NCBI GenBank assembly: GCA_965227295.1
Contig: OZ245742.1
Coordinates: forward strand, 5,792,001-5,856,000
Source: Leptonemataceae bacterium
GTDB taxonomy: Bacteria; Spirochaetota; Leptospiria; Leptospirales; Leptonemataceae
DNA: 64,000 nt
Direction of reading: 5' to 3'
Under the pieces are notes generated by a model. It worked only from the letters and a program-made list of their open reading frames with translations, was not told where the DNA came from and made no database searches. The position numbers and the translations under genes are program-made. Shown here piece by piece: positions 19,681-32,515 of this stretch; within the stretch, counting starts at the first letter, position 1, and every line of letters starts with the position of its first letter.

Positions 19681-20072
19681 CGAGCGGCCTGCCGATATTC
19701 ATCCAGGATCGGCTTGAGATCCCAGTATTTGTTCCGGGCCTGCACCTCGAATGCAATTCGCCGCGATGGGTCCTGTTCCGTAATGAGAATCCCATCACGT
19801 AAGATACGATGCACGAGGTCCGCCGGAGCGTCGTTCATTACGATCAATTGAGCCGGACGTTCCAGAATTTCGGAAAGATCGGCCTCTAAATCGAACGGAC
19901 GAGCATCAAGAGTTTGAGGCGGCGTTTGTCTATAAAGCAAGCCGACATCTACGTCACTTTTCGCCGTTTGCGTACCGCGAGCGACACTGCCGAACAGGTA
20001 CACTGCCGCCAATCCCGGAACGTCCCGAAAAAATTCTCGCAGGCGATCCTGTATCTCGTCAGCCGGCATCAC
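19677..20072 (-). CDS. mntA: minimal nucleotidyltransferase antitoxin
   Basis: YLFGSVARGTQTAKSDVD (GSX10DXD); ATGA overlap with the HEPN gene. Confidence 0.9.
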   Translation of the reverse strand: MMPADEIQDRLREFFRDVPGLAAVYLFGSVARGTQTAKSDVDVGLLYRQTPPQTLDARPFDLEADLSEILERPAQLIVMNDAPADLVHRILRDGILITEQDPSRRIAFEVQARNKYWDLKPILDEYRQAAR

Positions 20073-20082
20073 TCAGGCCATC

Positions 20083-22440
<2,358 letters not shown>

Positions 22441-22500
22441 GGGAACAGCGTCGACAGCACGCCCCGGTGATGCAAGCGAGAATGTGAAGTCCAATCCGGG

Positions 22501-22624
22501 TTCTTCGCGCCAGGGATGTGGAAGGTCGCGCGTTAGCGCGAGTCCGGAGCCGAAGGCGGAGGACCGAAGCTAAGCGGAGCCTGTAGCAGCCCGGTCGCCG
22601 CGTAGCGGCGAGGCGCCCAAAAAA
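22501..22624 (-). repeat. repeat family A, copy 2 (inverted)
   Basis: Reverse complement matches copy 1 (GAGTCCGGAGCCGAAGGCGGAGGACCGAAGC...GCGCCCAAAA on + strand). Confidence 0.85.
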
Positions 22625-22692
22625 GTTCCAATTTCAACAGGATTTCCAGGTAAAAATCGATATGCTAACTTATAATGAAGCAATATTTGCAA

Positions 22693-22813
22693 GGGCGTTC
22701 CCCTCCGTGCTTCGCACTCCGGGTCGCGCTTTCCAGGGCTCCGCCTTCGGCTTCGGTCCCCGCTTCGCGGTGACTCGCGCTTCGCGCGACCCTTCCAATC
22801 GCTAACGCAAGAA
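22693..22813 (+). repeat. repeat family A, copy 3
   Basis: GGGCGTTCCCCTCC...GGGTCGCGCTTTCCAGGGCTCCG...CCCTTCCAATCGCTAACGCAAGAA. Confidence 0.9.
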
Positions 22814-22820
22814 TTGATAG

Positions 22821-22904
22821 TTCGCGGCCGTATTCCCATCCCCGGGCGGCCTTTTTAGTCGGCCCCTGGGCCTCCGGCCCACCCCTCCAATCGCTAACGC
22901 AAGA
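22821..22904 (+). repeat. repeat family A, divergent copy sharing the 3' end
   Basis: Ends CCCTCCAATCGCTAACGCAAGA like copy 3. Confidence 0.65.
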
Positions 22905-22916
22905 GCCGTGAGCCGA

Positions 22917-23288
22917 CTACGTCACAATAAAATACCAGGCATACAACACCACGCACACCAGATCAAACAAACCCACCGGCAAAAGCGGGCGGCCGAAGGG
23001 ATCGCCGGCGCGACTGAAGACCAGCAACGCGAACACGGCCTTCGATGCGATGGCCGCCGTCATCACCGCCTCGCGCACGGCCGGCGCGGTGCCGGCATAC
23101 ACCAACAGCACCCCCGTGATGCCGACCAGCCAGGCCCAGTGGCGGATCATCAACAGCGCGTTGCGGTCTTCGATGTCCGTACCGGTGAGCGTGCGCAGCA
23201 GGAACCGCGGCGCGATGCTGAGAATGGCGGCCCCGGCAGTGAGCGTGCCGGTGACGTAGAGGATCATTTCAATGTTGTCTGCGATCAT
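22917..23288 (-). CDS. hypothetical four-TM membrane protein
   Basis: 123 aa with four hydrophobic segments; directly downstream of hrpB. Confidence 0.75.
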   Translation of the reverse strand: MIADNIEMILYVTGTLTAGAAILSIAPRFLLRTLTGTDIEDRNALLMIRHWAWLVGITGVLLVYAGTAPAVREAVMTAAIASKAVFALLVFSRAGDPFGRPLLPVGLFDLVCVVLYAWYFIVT

Positions 23289-23306
23289 GTGTGTTTTTCC
23301 GTTAAG

Positions 23307-25910
23307 TTACTTTTTTTGATTCTTAGCGTTCGCCCCGGCGCGTTTCTTCGTAAAACGCGTCGCCGTGGCGCTGAGGGGGTCGTCCGGCCAGGGATGTTTC
23401 GGATAACGACCCATCAGCTCTTTTTTCACTTCGGCATACGTGTTCTTCCAGAAGTTGCCGAGGTCTCGCGTCACCTGGATCGGCCGGCGCGCCGGGGACA
23501 GCAGGTGCACCGTAAGCGGCACACGCCCGAAGGCAACGCGCGGTGTCTCCGTAATGCCGAACAGCTCCTGCAACTTTGCGGCCAGCACACACTCGTCGTT
23601 TGCATACTCAAGTGCAACGCGGGTACCCGCCGGAGTTTCGAAGCGTTCCGGCGCGCCGTCGTCGATCGCACGCAGTTGTTCATATGTAAAGCGCGATTGT
23701 AAGATCATCGCAAAATCCAGCTTCGCAAAATCGGCGCGCTTCGTCACGCCGCTCAGGTGCGGCAGCAGCCATTCGTCGGGACGCGCGGCGAGATACACAT
23801 CGGAGACATCCGGCAGGTCGAGATCGTCGGCGTGCTTGCGCAAGAATTCGGCGCGGGCCTGGAACCGCCGGGCGTCGCCGGAGGCGTCCCATTCGTTCCA
23901 GGGCGGCACGACATCGCCGCCGCTCGTTTGCATCATTCCGCGCACGCCTTCGAGCAGCGCCGCTTCGATCTCCGCGGGCTGGAGCGCCGCGTCTCCGGCA
24001 TCGCGTCGCGCCAGACGAATCGCGCCGAGCCGACGTTCATGCGCGCGTACCAGGCGATCATCCTCCCAGGCAACGACGTCGCCTTCGCTGATGCGCGCGG
24101 CGAAGCGCGTTTCGATTTCCCCGGCACTCACTTCGGCGTGCAGGATGATGCGCGCGTCCGCGCCGCTTCCGTCCAGGTGCGCGGCCACGATCCACTCCGG
24201 CGTTTCGCGCTGCGACTCCGGAACGTTCAGCCGCGCGCCGCGTCCGTTCGCGAGCAGGTAACGATCGCGACTGCCGGACCGCCGCCGCGCAATGCGATCC
24301 GGATACGCGAGCGCCAGCAGAGCACCCGCGTTCGCATCGCCGGCATTTTCCGGCGACGATTCGGAGGAACTCCGGCACATCTTACGCAACTGCTGCGCGA
24401 CTCGACGCACGTTCGCGAGAGCCCCCGCGTCCGTATTCGCACGCGCAGTGCCGTGCAACGCGTCCAGGCGCAGAGTAAGATCGGACGGCGGCAGTTCCGG
24501 CCCGCTGCGTCGCAACAGGTCGCGCTCCGAAAGCAGCGCGGCGATGTCGCAGGCAAGATCCGACGGCGCGGCAACCAACATGGCGGCCAGGCGCGGATGC
24601 AGCGGCATCCGTTCCATCTTACGACCGCTCTCCGTAACGACGTACGCCCCATCCAACGCGCCGAGTTCGACTAACAGATCGCGAGCGTGAGTTAGTGCGG
24701 ACCGCGGCGGCGCGTCGAGAAAAGGCAGCGCGTCCGGTTCGCTGACACCCCAGGCGGCCAGCTCCAGGACCAGGCCGGCCAGGTCACTCTCCAGGATTTC
24801 CGGCGCGTCGTGGGCCGCGAGGCGATCGTGATCATGCTGCGACCAGAGACGATAGGCGCGACCGGGGCCCAGGCGCGCACACCGGCCGGCCCGCTGTTCG
24901 GCCGACGCGCGGGATATCGGCACGGTCACGAGTTGACTGAGGCCGCTGCCGGGATCGTAGCGCGGCGTACGGCGGAGCCCGCTGTCGATGACGATGCGAA
25001 TGCCTTCTATAGTAAGCGACGTCTCCGCGATGGGCGTGGCGAGTACGATCTTACGTCGTCCGCGCGGGTCCGGGCGAATCGCCGCATCCTGCTCGCGCAG
25101 GTCCAGATTACCGTAGAGCGGGGCGACGGCCATATCGTGCGCATTGGTAAGAGTTCCTACAAGTTCGTCGTGAAGGCGGCGGATTTCCGGGGCCCCGGGT
25201 AGAAAAACGAGCACGTCGCCGTCGTGTTCGGCCAGCGCGCGTTCGATGACCGGCCGCACCGCTGCCGCGACCGTCCCGGGGCGACGATCGTTGGCATGGA
25301 GCAATGTCGGAGTTCCTACAAAGTCTACCGTAAGGGGATGCAGCTTCCCGGCACTGCTGATGACCGGCGCGGATGATGAGCCGCCGCCGATCAGCCCGGC
25401 CGCGCGTTCGGCGACGCCTTCCAGCGTGGCGGACATGATCAGCAACCGCAAATCCTCGCGGAGCGCACCGCGACTCTCCAGACACAACGCCAGCGCCAGG
25501 TCGGCGTGAATGCTGCGTTCGTGAAACTCGTCGAAGATCACCAGACCCACGCCGCGCAGTTCCGGATCGTTCTGGATGCGCCGTGTGAGGATGCCCTCGG
25601 TCACGACTTCGATGCGTGTGCGTGCGCTTACGTTGCTCTCAAAACGCACGCGATGGCCGATCGTTTCGCCGGGGCGTTCATTGAGCGACTGCGCCATACG
25701 CGCGGCCACCCCGCGCGCGGCGAGGCGTCGCGGCTCGAGCATGAGGATGGTTTGATCGCCGAGCCAGGGTTCATCGAGCAGGGCGATGGGAACGATCGTA
25801 GACTTACCGGCCCCCGGCGGCGCTTCGAGTACGGCGGCGCCGCGGTTCGCGAGCGCGTGGCGGAGTTCGGGGAGGACCTCGGTGACGGGCAGTTCGGGTA
25901 ACGCGCGCAC
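23307..25910 (-). CDS. hrpB: ATP-dependent RNA helicase HrpB
   Basis: APPGAGKST, DEFHER, MSAT, ATPIAETSLTI, QRAGRCAR, C-terminal LLSPARRPIQVT and YPKHPWP. Start placed at GTG 25910. Confidence 0.96.
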   Translation of the reverse strand: MRALPELPVTEVLPELRHALANRGAAVLEAPPGAGKSTIVPIALLDEPWLGDQTILMLEPRRLAARGVAARMAQSLNERPGETIGHRVRFESNVSARTRIEVVTEGILTRRIQNDPELRGVGLVIFDEFHERSIHADLALALCLESRGALREDLRLLIMSATLEGVAERAAGLIGGGSSSAPVISSAGKLHPLTVDFVGTPTLLHANDRRPGTVAAAVRPVIERALAEHDGDVLVFLPGAPEIRRLHDELVGTLTNAHDMAVAPLYGNLDLREQDAAIRPDPRGRRKIVLATPIAETSLTIEGIRIVIDSGLRRTPRYDPGSGLSQLVTVPISRASAEQRAGRCARLGPGRAYRLWSQHDHDRLAAHDAPEILESDLAGLVLELAAWGVSEPDALPFLDAPPRSALTHARDLLVELGALDGAYVVTESGRKMERMPLHPRLAAMLVAAPSDLACDIAALLSERDLLRRSGPELPPSDLTLRLDALHGTARANTDAGALANVRRVAQQLRKMCRSSSESSPENAGDANAGALLALAYPDRIARRRSGSRDRYLLANGRGARLNVPESQRETPEWIVAAHLDGSGADARIILHAEVSAGEIETRFAARISEGDVVAWEDDRLVRAHERRLGAIRLARRDAGDAALQPAEIEAALLEGVRGMMQTSGGDVVPPWNEWDASGDARRFQARAEFLRKHADDLDLPDVSDVYLAARPDEWLLPHLSGVTKRADFAKLDFAMILQSRFTYEQLRAIDDGAPERFETPAGTRVALEYANDECVLAAKLQELFGITETPRVAFGRVPLTVHLLSPARRPIQVTRDLGNFWKNTYAEVKKELMGRYPKHPWPDDPLSATATRFTKKRAGANAKNQKK

Positions 25911-26045
25911 GGTGACACTGTAGCGATGGGGCGTAGTTGGTAAACTGTTTTGACCACCGAGGCACCGAGGACGCTGAGAAGATTTTTTTACAGGAGGATG
26001 AGAGGTAGAGAATTGTTGGATGGAGTGGTGTTGCGGATTTCGGGT

Positions 26046-26133
26046 TTTCGCGTGAGGGATTTTGTGGCCCGGCCGCGTCGGGAGCGGCCGGGGCCGCGTG
26101 AGTTGGTTCCCCTCCAGGCACCTAACGCGAAGA
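26046..26133. repeat. repeat family A-derived element carrying the conserved end at both termini in inverted orientation
   Basis: Begins TTTTCGCGTGAGGGATT (reverse complement of the family 3' end) and ends CTAACGCGAAGAA. Confidence 0.6.
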
Positions 26134-26161
26134 AGCGGGGTTAGGTTTATGTGAGAGGGAC

Positions 26162-27987
26162 TTAGGGATCGCTGACGGGGTTTGTTAGACGAATGTGCAC
26201 GTCGTGAGCGATTTCTGGAATCCACTGGGGCGGACAGTGCTTGAGCGCGTGTTTGTAAAGATCCAGGAAGTGTGTGCGCACGGTGTCTGTGTTCTCGCCG
26301 AGATCCATGGATTGAACGGCGTATGCATGACGGGATAACATGCGATCACAGATTTCCTCGTTACCGGCCAGGAGCTCCCGTCGAACTGCGAGATACGCGG
26401 CGCCGTCGTGCTCTTCCGAAAAATCCAGCCCGCCCGGCTTTCGCGCATGGGCGGCCCACATCCGGTCTTGATACATTTCCCGCATGGTCTCGGAAACCCC
26501 GGCGGGGAACTCATGATGGATCAGTTCCTCCCAGTCCGGCTCAACACCGATCTCCGGTTTTTCCGAAACCAGAACGGAGGCGCCCACCGGCTCCGTTCGC
26601 TCACACCGATGCATCGCCCCGCCATGGAACCGGCCCCGTTTAGAACGGCATGGCTTAGATCGACTCCATCCAGTTGAATGTACCACAGATTCGCGCCGGT
26701 TAGCGTGGCGGACATCAGATCCGCGCCGATCAGCGTGGCTGACATCAGATTCGCGCCGGGCAGCGTGGCGGACCTCAGATCCGCGCCGGTCAGCGTGGCG
26801 GACATCAGATTCGCGCCGGACAGCGTGGCGGACATCAGATACGCGCCGGTCAGCGTGGCTCTCCTCAGATCCGCGCCGGTCAGCGTGGCGAACCTCAGAT
26901 CCGCGCCGGTCAGCGTGGCGAACCTCAGATATGCGCCGGTCAACGTGGCTCTCCTCAGATCCGCGCCGATCAGCCTGGCGAACTCCAGATACGCGCCGGT
27001 CAGCCTGGCGAACTCCAGATACGCGCCGGTCAGCCTGGCGAACTCCAGATTTGCGCCGGTCAGCCTGGCTGATATCAGATTCGCGCCGGTCAGCGTGGCG
27101 GACCTCAGATCCGCGCCGGTCAAATCGGCCTCGCTCAGGTCCACACCTTCCAGTTTCGCAACACTGTCACTTTGCCACAGCACCGCATACTCCAACTGCG
27201 CCTCGCGCAGGTCCTGGATGCGCCATCCATCCTCCCGCACAATCCGCTCCATCGCCCGAAACGGCGCGCTCTTCGGCACCTCCGTAAGTTCCTTTCCTCG
27301 AAACTTACGCAGCATATGATAGTCCCCGTGCCGGAGCGATGTCGTCTCGCTCAGCACCGCGAGATTCACATCGTTCGCCTCTTTCCACAATCGATAGTGC
27401 CGATCATACACCGCCCGATCCTTCAAGATCACCGCAAAGAAATCCCGCGCCAATCGGGCAAATACCGGCCGGTATTCTTTCAGTTCCTCCGGAATCAAGT
27501 CCGGATCTTCCCGCAGATAATCGCGCAACTGAAACAGCGCCGTTGTTACCTGCCCCTCGCGATCACTCACCGCCCATTCCTGGAGCTTGTAAAAATTCTC
27601 GCGGATGTTTTTGTACTTATCGTTCTTCAACTCCTCAACGCGATTGCGATCCCGAATAAACCAGGCATACCACACAATCGGCGTGGCGCTGACGGCGAGC
27701 AGGAACGTCCAGAAGCCGCCAGAGATCGGCCGGTCGCCGCTGCCTTCAAGGGAATTAACAACCGCAAACACTATCCCCGCGAGGATTAAGGAAATGATCA
27801 GCAGGATGATCCAGATCCACAGGCTGTGGCGCGCATCGTACAGAAACTTCTGGAACGACTCCTTGCGAATCACAAACTTCCAGAGCAGCCAACCGGCCCC
27901 GCTGAGAACGAGGGTTCCAGACAAGGTCACGAGGAACGGCAACTCGATCAAAACCGGCAACACACTCTCAGAAAACAAACGCGGCAT
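26162..27987 (-). CDS. membrane-anchored pentapeptide-repeat protein, probably split by a frameshift near 26632
   Basis: Three N-terminal TM segments and A(D/N/Y)Lxx repeats; ORF 26521..27987 overlaps ORF 26162..26686 in another frame. Confidence 0.75.
26695..27114 (-). repeat. 14 tandem 30-bp units encoding pentapeptide pairs
   Basis: Coding unit GCGGATCTGAGGTCCGCCACGCTGACCGGC with substitutions at a few positions; no spacers. Confidence 0.95.
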
Positions 27988-28043
27988 CGTATCATACGAT
28001 GAGCCACCCCATCACCATAAGTCAACACATTCCCGAACTACCA

Positions 28044-28170
28044 TTCTTCGCGTGAGGGATTGGAAGGGTGGCGCGCAGCGCCAGTCCGGAGCGCGAAGCG
28101 CGGAGGACCGCAGCGAAGCGGAGCCCTGGAAAGCCCGACCCCGGCCGCAGGCCGGGGGCACGCCCAAAAG
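28044..28170 (-). repeat. repeat family A copy (inverted)
   Basis: + strand TTCTTCGCGTGAGGGATTGGAAGGG...GGAGCCCTGGAAAGC...GGGGCACGCCCAAAA. Confidence 0.9.
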
Positions 28171-28219
28171 AAACTTGCCTTATTCTTCTCACGGCGAACG
28201 CTACGATCCAGGAATCTTC

Positions 28220-29188
28220 ATGAAAGCCATCGTCGTCGAAGAACCGGGGCCGCCGGAAAACTTGCTCTACAAAGACGTACTCGATCCCGTCGCCGAAGAC
28301 GGTTGGCTGACAATTCGCATTCGCGCCTTCGGTCTGAACCGCGCCGAGTTGTTCACGCGCCAGGGCGACTCGGGGCCGGCCGTCCAGTTCCCGCGCATCA
28401 TCGGCATCGAATGTGTGGGCGAAGTGATCGCCGATCCGTCCGGAACTTACGCGCCCGGCCGGAAAGTGGCCACGCTCATGGGCGGCCTCGGCCGTGCCTT
28501 CGACGGCAGCTACGCCGAACAAACGCGCGTGCCGCTTGCTAATGTCGTACCGATCGATACTAAGCTGAGCTGGGCCGAGTTCGGCGCCGTGCCCGAAATG
28601 TTTCAGACGGCGAACGGTTCGCTCAAGTACGCGCTGCGCGTACAGCCCGGCAAAACGCTCCTGATCCGCGGCGGCACATCGTCCGTGGGACTCGCGGCCC
28701 TGGCCCTGGCAAAGTCCCTGGGGCTCACCGTGCTCGCGACCACCCGTCAGGCGGAACGCCGGCGATTCCTGAAAGATCAGGGCGCCGACCACGTCTTAGT
28801 TGACAGCGGCAAGATTCTAAGCGCCGTACATTACCTGTATCCCGGCGGCGTCGATTACGTACTGGACCTGGTCGGCACCCGGACGTTGAACGAATCCCTG
28901 GCCATGCTCGCGGACGGTGGCATCGTTTGCATGACCGGCATCCTGGCCGGCGAGTGGGAGCTGAATCAGTGGAATCCCATGGCGCACATCGGGGCCGGTC
29001 GCTACCTGACTGCCTACTCCGGCGACGGCATTTCCCGTGAAGATCTCCAGGACATCGTCGATCGCGTGGAAAGCGGTTCGATTCGGCTGAACCTGGATCG
29101 CACGTTCGCGTTCGGCGAACTCGTCGAGGCGCATCGTTACATGGAAGACAATCGCGCGACAGGCAAGCTGGTGGTGCTGCTGGATTAG
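28220..29188 (+). CDS. MDR-family (quinone oxidoreductase-like) dehydrogenase
   Basis: MKAIVVEEPG, AFGLNRAE, GIECVG, RGGTSSVG, ATGKLVV. Confidence 0.9.
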   Translation: MKAIVVEEPGPPENLLYKDVLDPVAEDGWLTIRIRAFGLNRAELFTRQGDSGPAVQFPRIIGIECVGEVIADPSGTYAPGRKVATLMGGLGRAFDGSYAEQTRVPLANVVPIDTKLSWAEFGAVPEMFQTANGSLKYALRVQPGKTLLIRGGTSSVGLAALALAKSLGLTVLATTRQAERRRFLKDQGADHVLVDSGKILSAVHYLYPGGVDYVLDLVGTRTLNESLAMLADGGIVCMTGILAGEWELNQWNPMAHIGAGRYLTAYSGDGISREDLQDIVDRVESGSIRLNLDRTFAFGELVEAHRYMEDNRATGKLVVLLD

Positions 29189-29245
29189 CATGATTTTTCT
29201 GCGGCCGCGGTTGACGTTGGATGTCGACCTGCGCTTCCTGTATCC

Positions 29246-30283
29246 ATGGAATATCGCAAACTCGGCACCACCGATCTCGACGTGAGTGTGATCTGCCTGG
29301 GAACCATGACCTGGGGCCAGCAAAACACCGAAGCCGAAGCCCACGAACAAATGGACTACGCCCTGGATCAGGGGGTGAACTTCTTCGACGCGGCCGAGTT
29401 GTATCCGGTGCCGCCCCTCGCGGAGACCCAGGGCCGTACCGAGGAGTACATCGGCACCTGGTTTAAGGCCCGCGGCAATCGTGACCGGGTGATTCTCGCC
29501 ACGAAAGTCACCGGCCCCGGCGAGTTCGTGAAGCACATCCGCGGCGGACCACGTCTGGACCGCCAGGGCATTCGGGACGCTGTCGAAGGCAACCTCAAGC
29601 GCCTGCAAACGGACTACATCGATCTCTATCAGGTCCACTGGCCCGAGCGCGTAACTAACTTTTTCGGAAAGTTAGGCTACACCCACGTGCCGGACAAAGA
29701 CGGCGTAAACATCGCCGAAACCATCGGTGCCCTCGACGAACTAGTCAAGGAAGGCAAGGTCCGGCACATCGGCATCTCGAACGAGACGCCCTGGGGGACC
29801 ATGCAGTATCTACGTTACGCCGCCGCCGAGGGCAAGGCGCGCATCGTCAGCATTCAGAATCCGTACAATCTGCTGAACCGTACGTTCGAGATCGGCCTGG
29901 CCGAAACGGCGATCCGCGAGAAGGTCGGTCTGCTTGCGTACTCGCCCCTGGCCTTCGGCGCACTCACCGGCAAATATCTGAACGGGCAAAAACCCGAAGG
30001 CGCGCGGCTTACACTCTGGAAACGCTTCAGCCGTTACACCAACGCCCCGGGCGTGGCCGCCACCGAAAAGTACGTGGCACTCGCAAAAGAACACGGTCTC
30101 GACCCCGCACAGATGGCCCTGGCCTACGTGAACGGCCGGCAGTTTCTTACGGCGAACATCATCGGCGCGACGTCTATGGAGCAATTGAAGACGAACATAG
30201 ATTCTATTGATGTAAAGTTAAGCGACGACGTTCTGAAAGGCATTGAGGCGATTCATGCGGAGTTTCAGAATCCGTGTCCGTAA
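29246..30283 (+). CDS. tas: Tas-like NADP(H)-dependent aldo-keto reductase
   Basis: ICLGTMTWGQQN, DAAELYPVP, DLYQVHWP, SNETPWG, QNPYNLLNR. Confidence 0.92.
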   Translation: MEYRKLGTTDLDVSVICLGTMTWGQQNTEAEAHEQMDYALDQGVNFFDAAELYPVPPLAETQGRTEEYIGTWFKARGNRDRVILATKVTGPGEFVKHIRGGPRLDRQGIRDAVEGNLKRLQTDYIDLYQVHWPERVTNFFGKLGYTHVPDKDGVNIAETIGALDELVKEGKVRHIGISNETPWGTMQYLRYAAAEGKARIVSIQNPYNLLNRTFEIGLAETAIREKVGLLAYSPLAFGALTGKYLNGQKPEGARLTLWKRFSRYTNAPGVAATEKYVALAKEHGLDPAQMALAYVNGRQFLTANIIGATSMEQLKTNIDSIDVKLSDDVLKGIEAIHAEFQNPCP

Positions 30284-30290
30284 GCGGGTG

Positions 30291-32399
30291 CTACTCCAAA
30301 TACTCATACGCGCTGCGATATTCGCCGTTCTTCTGCACGAATTCCAGAAAACGTTCGTAAAACGAATGATAACACAGCGTCGCCGAATCCCCTACAACCA
30401 CTAATAACCGGCGGGCCCGGGTTAAGGCGACGTTCATGCGGCGGACCTCGCCCAGAAAACCGGTCTCGCCGTCATCGTTGGAACGCACCAGAGAAATGAG
30501 GATCACGTCGCGCTCGCGGCCCTGAAAGGAATCCACGGTATCCGCCTCGATCATCAGCGCGCCGTCCGCGCGACCGAAGACGTCCTCGCCGTAACGTTCC
30601 CGCAGCACGTGGCGCAGGTGCCGCGCCTGATCGCGATAGGCGGCGATTACGCCGGTACTGAGCTGTTCCCCGGCGTTCGTTGCGGCGCCCTCAATGTTTT
30701 CCAACAACGTCAATAACAGGCGCGCCTCGCCCTCGTTTTTGTAACTGAGCGTTTCCGGATTCTGCTCTTCGACGCAGTCGGCCCCGGCCGTATCCACGAA
30801 AACCAGGGGTGCCGCGTATCCCAGTTCGTCAAGAATCGTCGCCGGCTCGCGTTGTTGCACGACGGAGGCGGTTTGCAGGCGATCCCCGTAAAATTCGCGG
30901 TTGGAAAACGCCACGATCTCCGGCTCCATGCGGTACTGCGTGTTCAAAAAAAAGATGCGCCCGCTCTCCGGATGGCGCCGGACCGTCTTTTCAAAAAGCG
31001 TCTCGCTGAGCTCCGGCGTGCCCGTCCCCGTAGAACTTTCTAACATCAGTGGAGATGACTTTACGACGGGCGGCAGTTGATGATGATCCCCGGCGAAAAC
31101 AACACGATCGGCCTTGCGCACGGCGATCCACGCCGCCGGCTCCAGCGCCTGGGATGCCTCGTCGATGACGGCGAGATCGAAGCGCAGCCCGCGCAGACGC
31201 ACGTTCGAGGCGCCGACCAGGGTCGTCAGGATCACCGTCGCGCGATCGATGATGTGCGCGACGATACCGTCTTCGATCCCGCGGATTTGCTTTTGTAGTT
31301 CACGGTACTCCTGGTACAGGGACCGCCGTTCCGCCGCCTCCGCGGCCCCGAAGTTGCGACGATACCGGCGCGCCTCGCGATGAATCTTTTCGGCTTCCCG
31401 GCGCAGGGCAATGACCGTCTTCATCTCCGGATGTTCTTCGCTCCGGCCCTCCAGGGTATGCCGCCACAGATTCTCGCTCACCCGGGCCGGATGACCGAGG
31501 CGGAGCACGTTCAGGCCCGCGGCGCTTAACTTTTCTACAAGTAAATCTACGGCGGCGTTGGTGGGCGCCGCGGCCAGGATCTTCAGCGACTGCGTGTTTT
31601 CATGCTGCCGCCCGTAGTCCGCCACGGTCGCGATCGCCGCCGTGACCGTGGTGGTCTTCCCGGTCCCCGGCGGTCCGTGAATGACGGCGAACTCGGCGGT
31701 GTTCTGCATGAGTGCGAGCACGCCGGCCACGGCCTCCCGCTGGGACTCGTTTAGATCTTCACACTTCTCCGCAAACTTCCGATGTACGTCGGTTACGGTG
31801 AGGGCCTGCGGACGGCTGTATCCCAGGAGGCGGTCGCGAATTCGTCGGCTGTTTTTGCCCGGGCCTTTGTGGTCCGGCTCCACCAGCGACCGCACGGCGA
31901 ACTCCATTTCACGATACGTGGTCTCATTGAATGTAAGGTCCAGGCCGAGACCGCCGGTCCCGCTCTCGGCCCAACCGGGCAGTTCCTCCGCCATGATCGT
32001 AACCGTGTCCGGACGCGTTTCCGCAATGACCCCGCCCAATCGCTGACTTTCACCGGCCGCATCTTTAGAAGCACCGTCGTCTCCGCCGCGAAAGAGTTCC
32101 ACCACCTGGCCGCTCTGGAAACGGCGCACCGCATCGCGCTCTTCTCCGGAGGCCGGCGGCAGGCGCAGACGCAGGCGCCAGCGGTCACCGAGGCTGATGC
32201 GCGTATCTTCGACTTCGACGGGATGCAGCGTAATGCCGATCTCTTTGCGGCGGGCGAGCGGCAGGGACAGCCATTCCCGACGAAACTCTTCGCGCTCGGC
32301 TTCTTTCTCGGCGGCCAGGAGTTCCAGGAGATGCAACAGTTCTTCGGGGGCGGAAGAAAACGGCGGTTCGGTAACAGGATCGCGATCGGCGGCGGCCAT
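30291..32399 (-). CDS. SF1 helicase, IGHMBP2/DNA2-NAM7 family
   Basis: HGPPGTGKT, APTNAAVD, DEASQ, GDHHQLPP, QYRM, DSFQGRE, RRMNVALTRA. Confidence 0.93.
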   Translation of the reverse strand: MAAADRDPVTEPPFSSAPEELLHLLELLAAEKEAEREEFRREWLSLPLARRKEIGITLHPVEVEDTRISLGDRWRLRLRLPPASGEERDAVRRFQSGQVVELFRGGDDGASKDAAGESQRLGGVIAETRPDTVTIMAEELPGWAESGTGGLGLDLTFNETTYREMEFAVRSLVEPDHKGPGKNSRRIRDRLLGYSRPQALTVTDVHRKFAEKCEDLNESQREAVAGVLALMQNTAEFAVIHGPPGTGKTTTVTAAIATVADYGRQHENTQSLKILAAAPTNAAVDLLVEKLSAAGLNVLRLGHPARVSENLWRHTLEGRSEEHPEMKTVIALRREAEKIHREARRYRRNFGAAEAAERRSLYQEYRELQKQIRGIEDGIVAHIIDRATVILTTLVGASNVRLRGLRFDLAVIDEASQALEPAAWIAVRKADRVVFAGDHHQLPPVVKSSPLMLESSTGTGTPELSETLFEKTVRRHPESGRIFFLNTQYRMEPEIVAFSNREFYGDRLQTASVVQQREPATILDELGYAAPLVFVDTAGADCVEEQNPETLSYKNEGEARLLLTLLENIEGAATNAGEQLSTGVIAAYRDQARHLRHVLRERYGEDVFGRADGALMIEADTVDSFQGRERDVILISLVRSNDDGETGFLGEVRRMNVALTRARRLLVVVGDSATLCYHSFYERFLEFVQKNGEYRSAYEYLE

Positions 32400-32515
32400 C
32401 GCAGCAGGATGCAGCACACGGCTGAACGCGCGAGTGAAAAAGTGCGCCCGCCCGCCGCTCAAGCTGGAAAGCGGCGGGCGAACACAGAGGAGTAAACGCT
32501 TGCATGGAGTGCGGT

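Noticed and set aside
25911..26225. N-terminal extension of HrpB in the ORF track
   Set aside because: Read-through of intergenic repeat sequence; HrpB similarity starts at about LPELPV.
26695..27114. Possible CRISPR array
   Set aside because: Contiguous 30-bp in-frame coding units with no unique spacers and no cas genes.
27605..28219. N-terminal extension of the 527-aa dehydrogenase ORF
   Set aside because: Overlaps the antisense pentapeptide gene and a repeat; family homology begins at ATG 28220.
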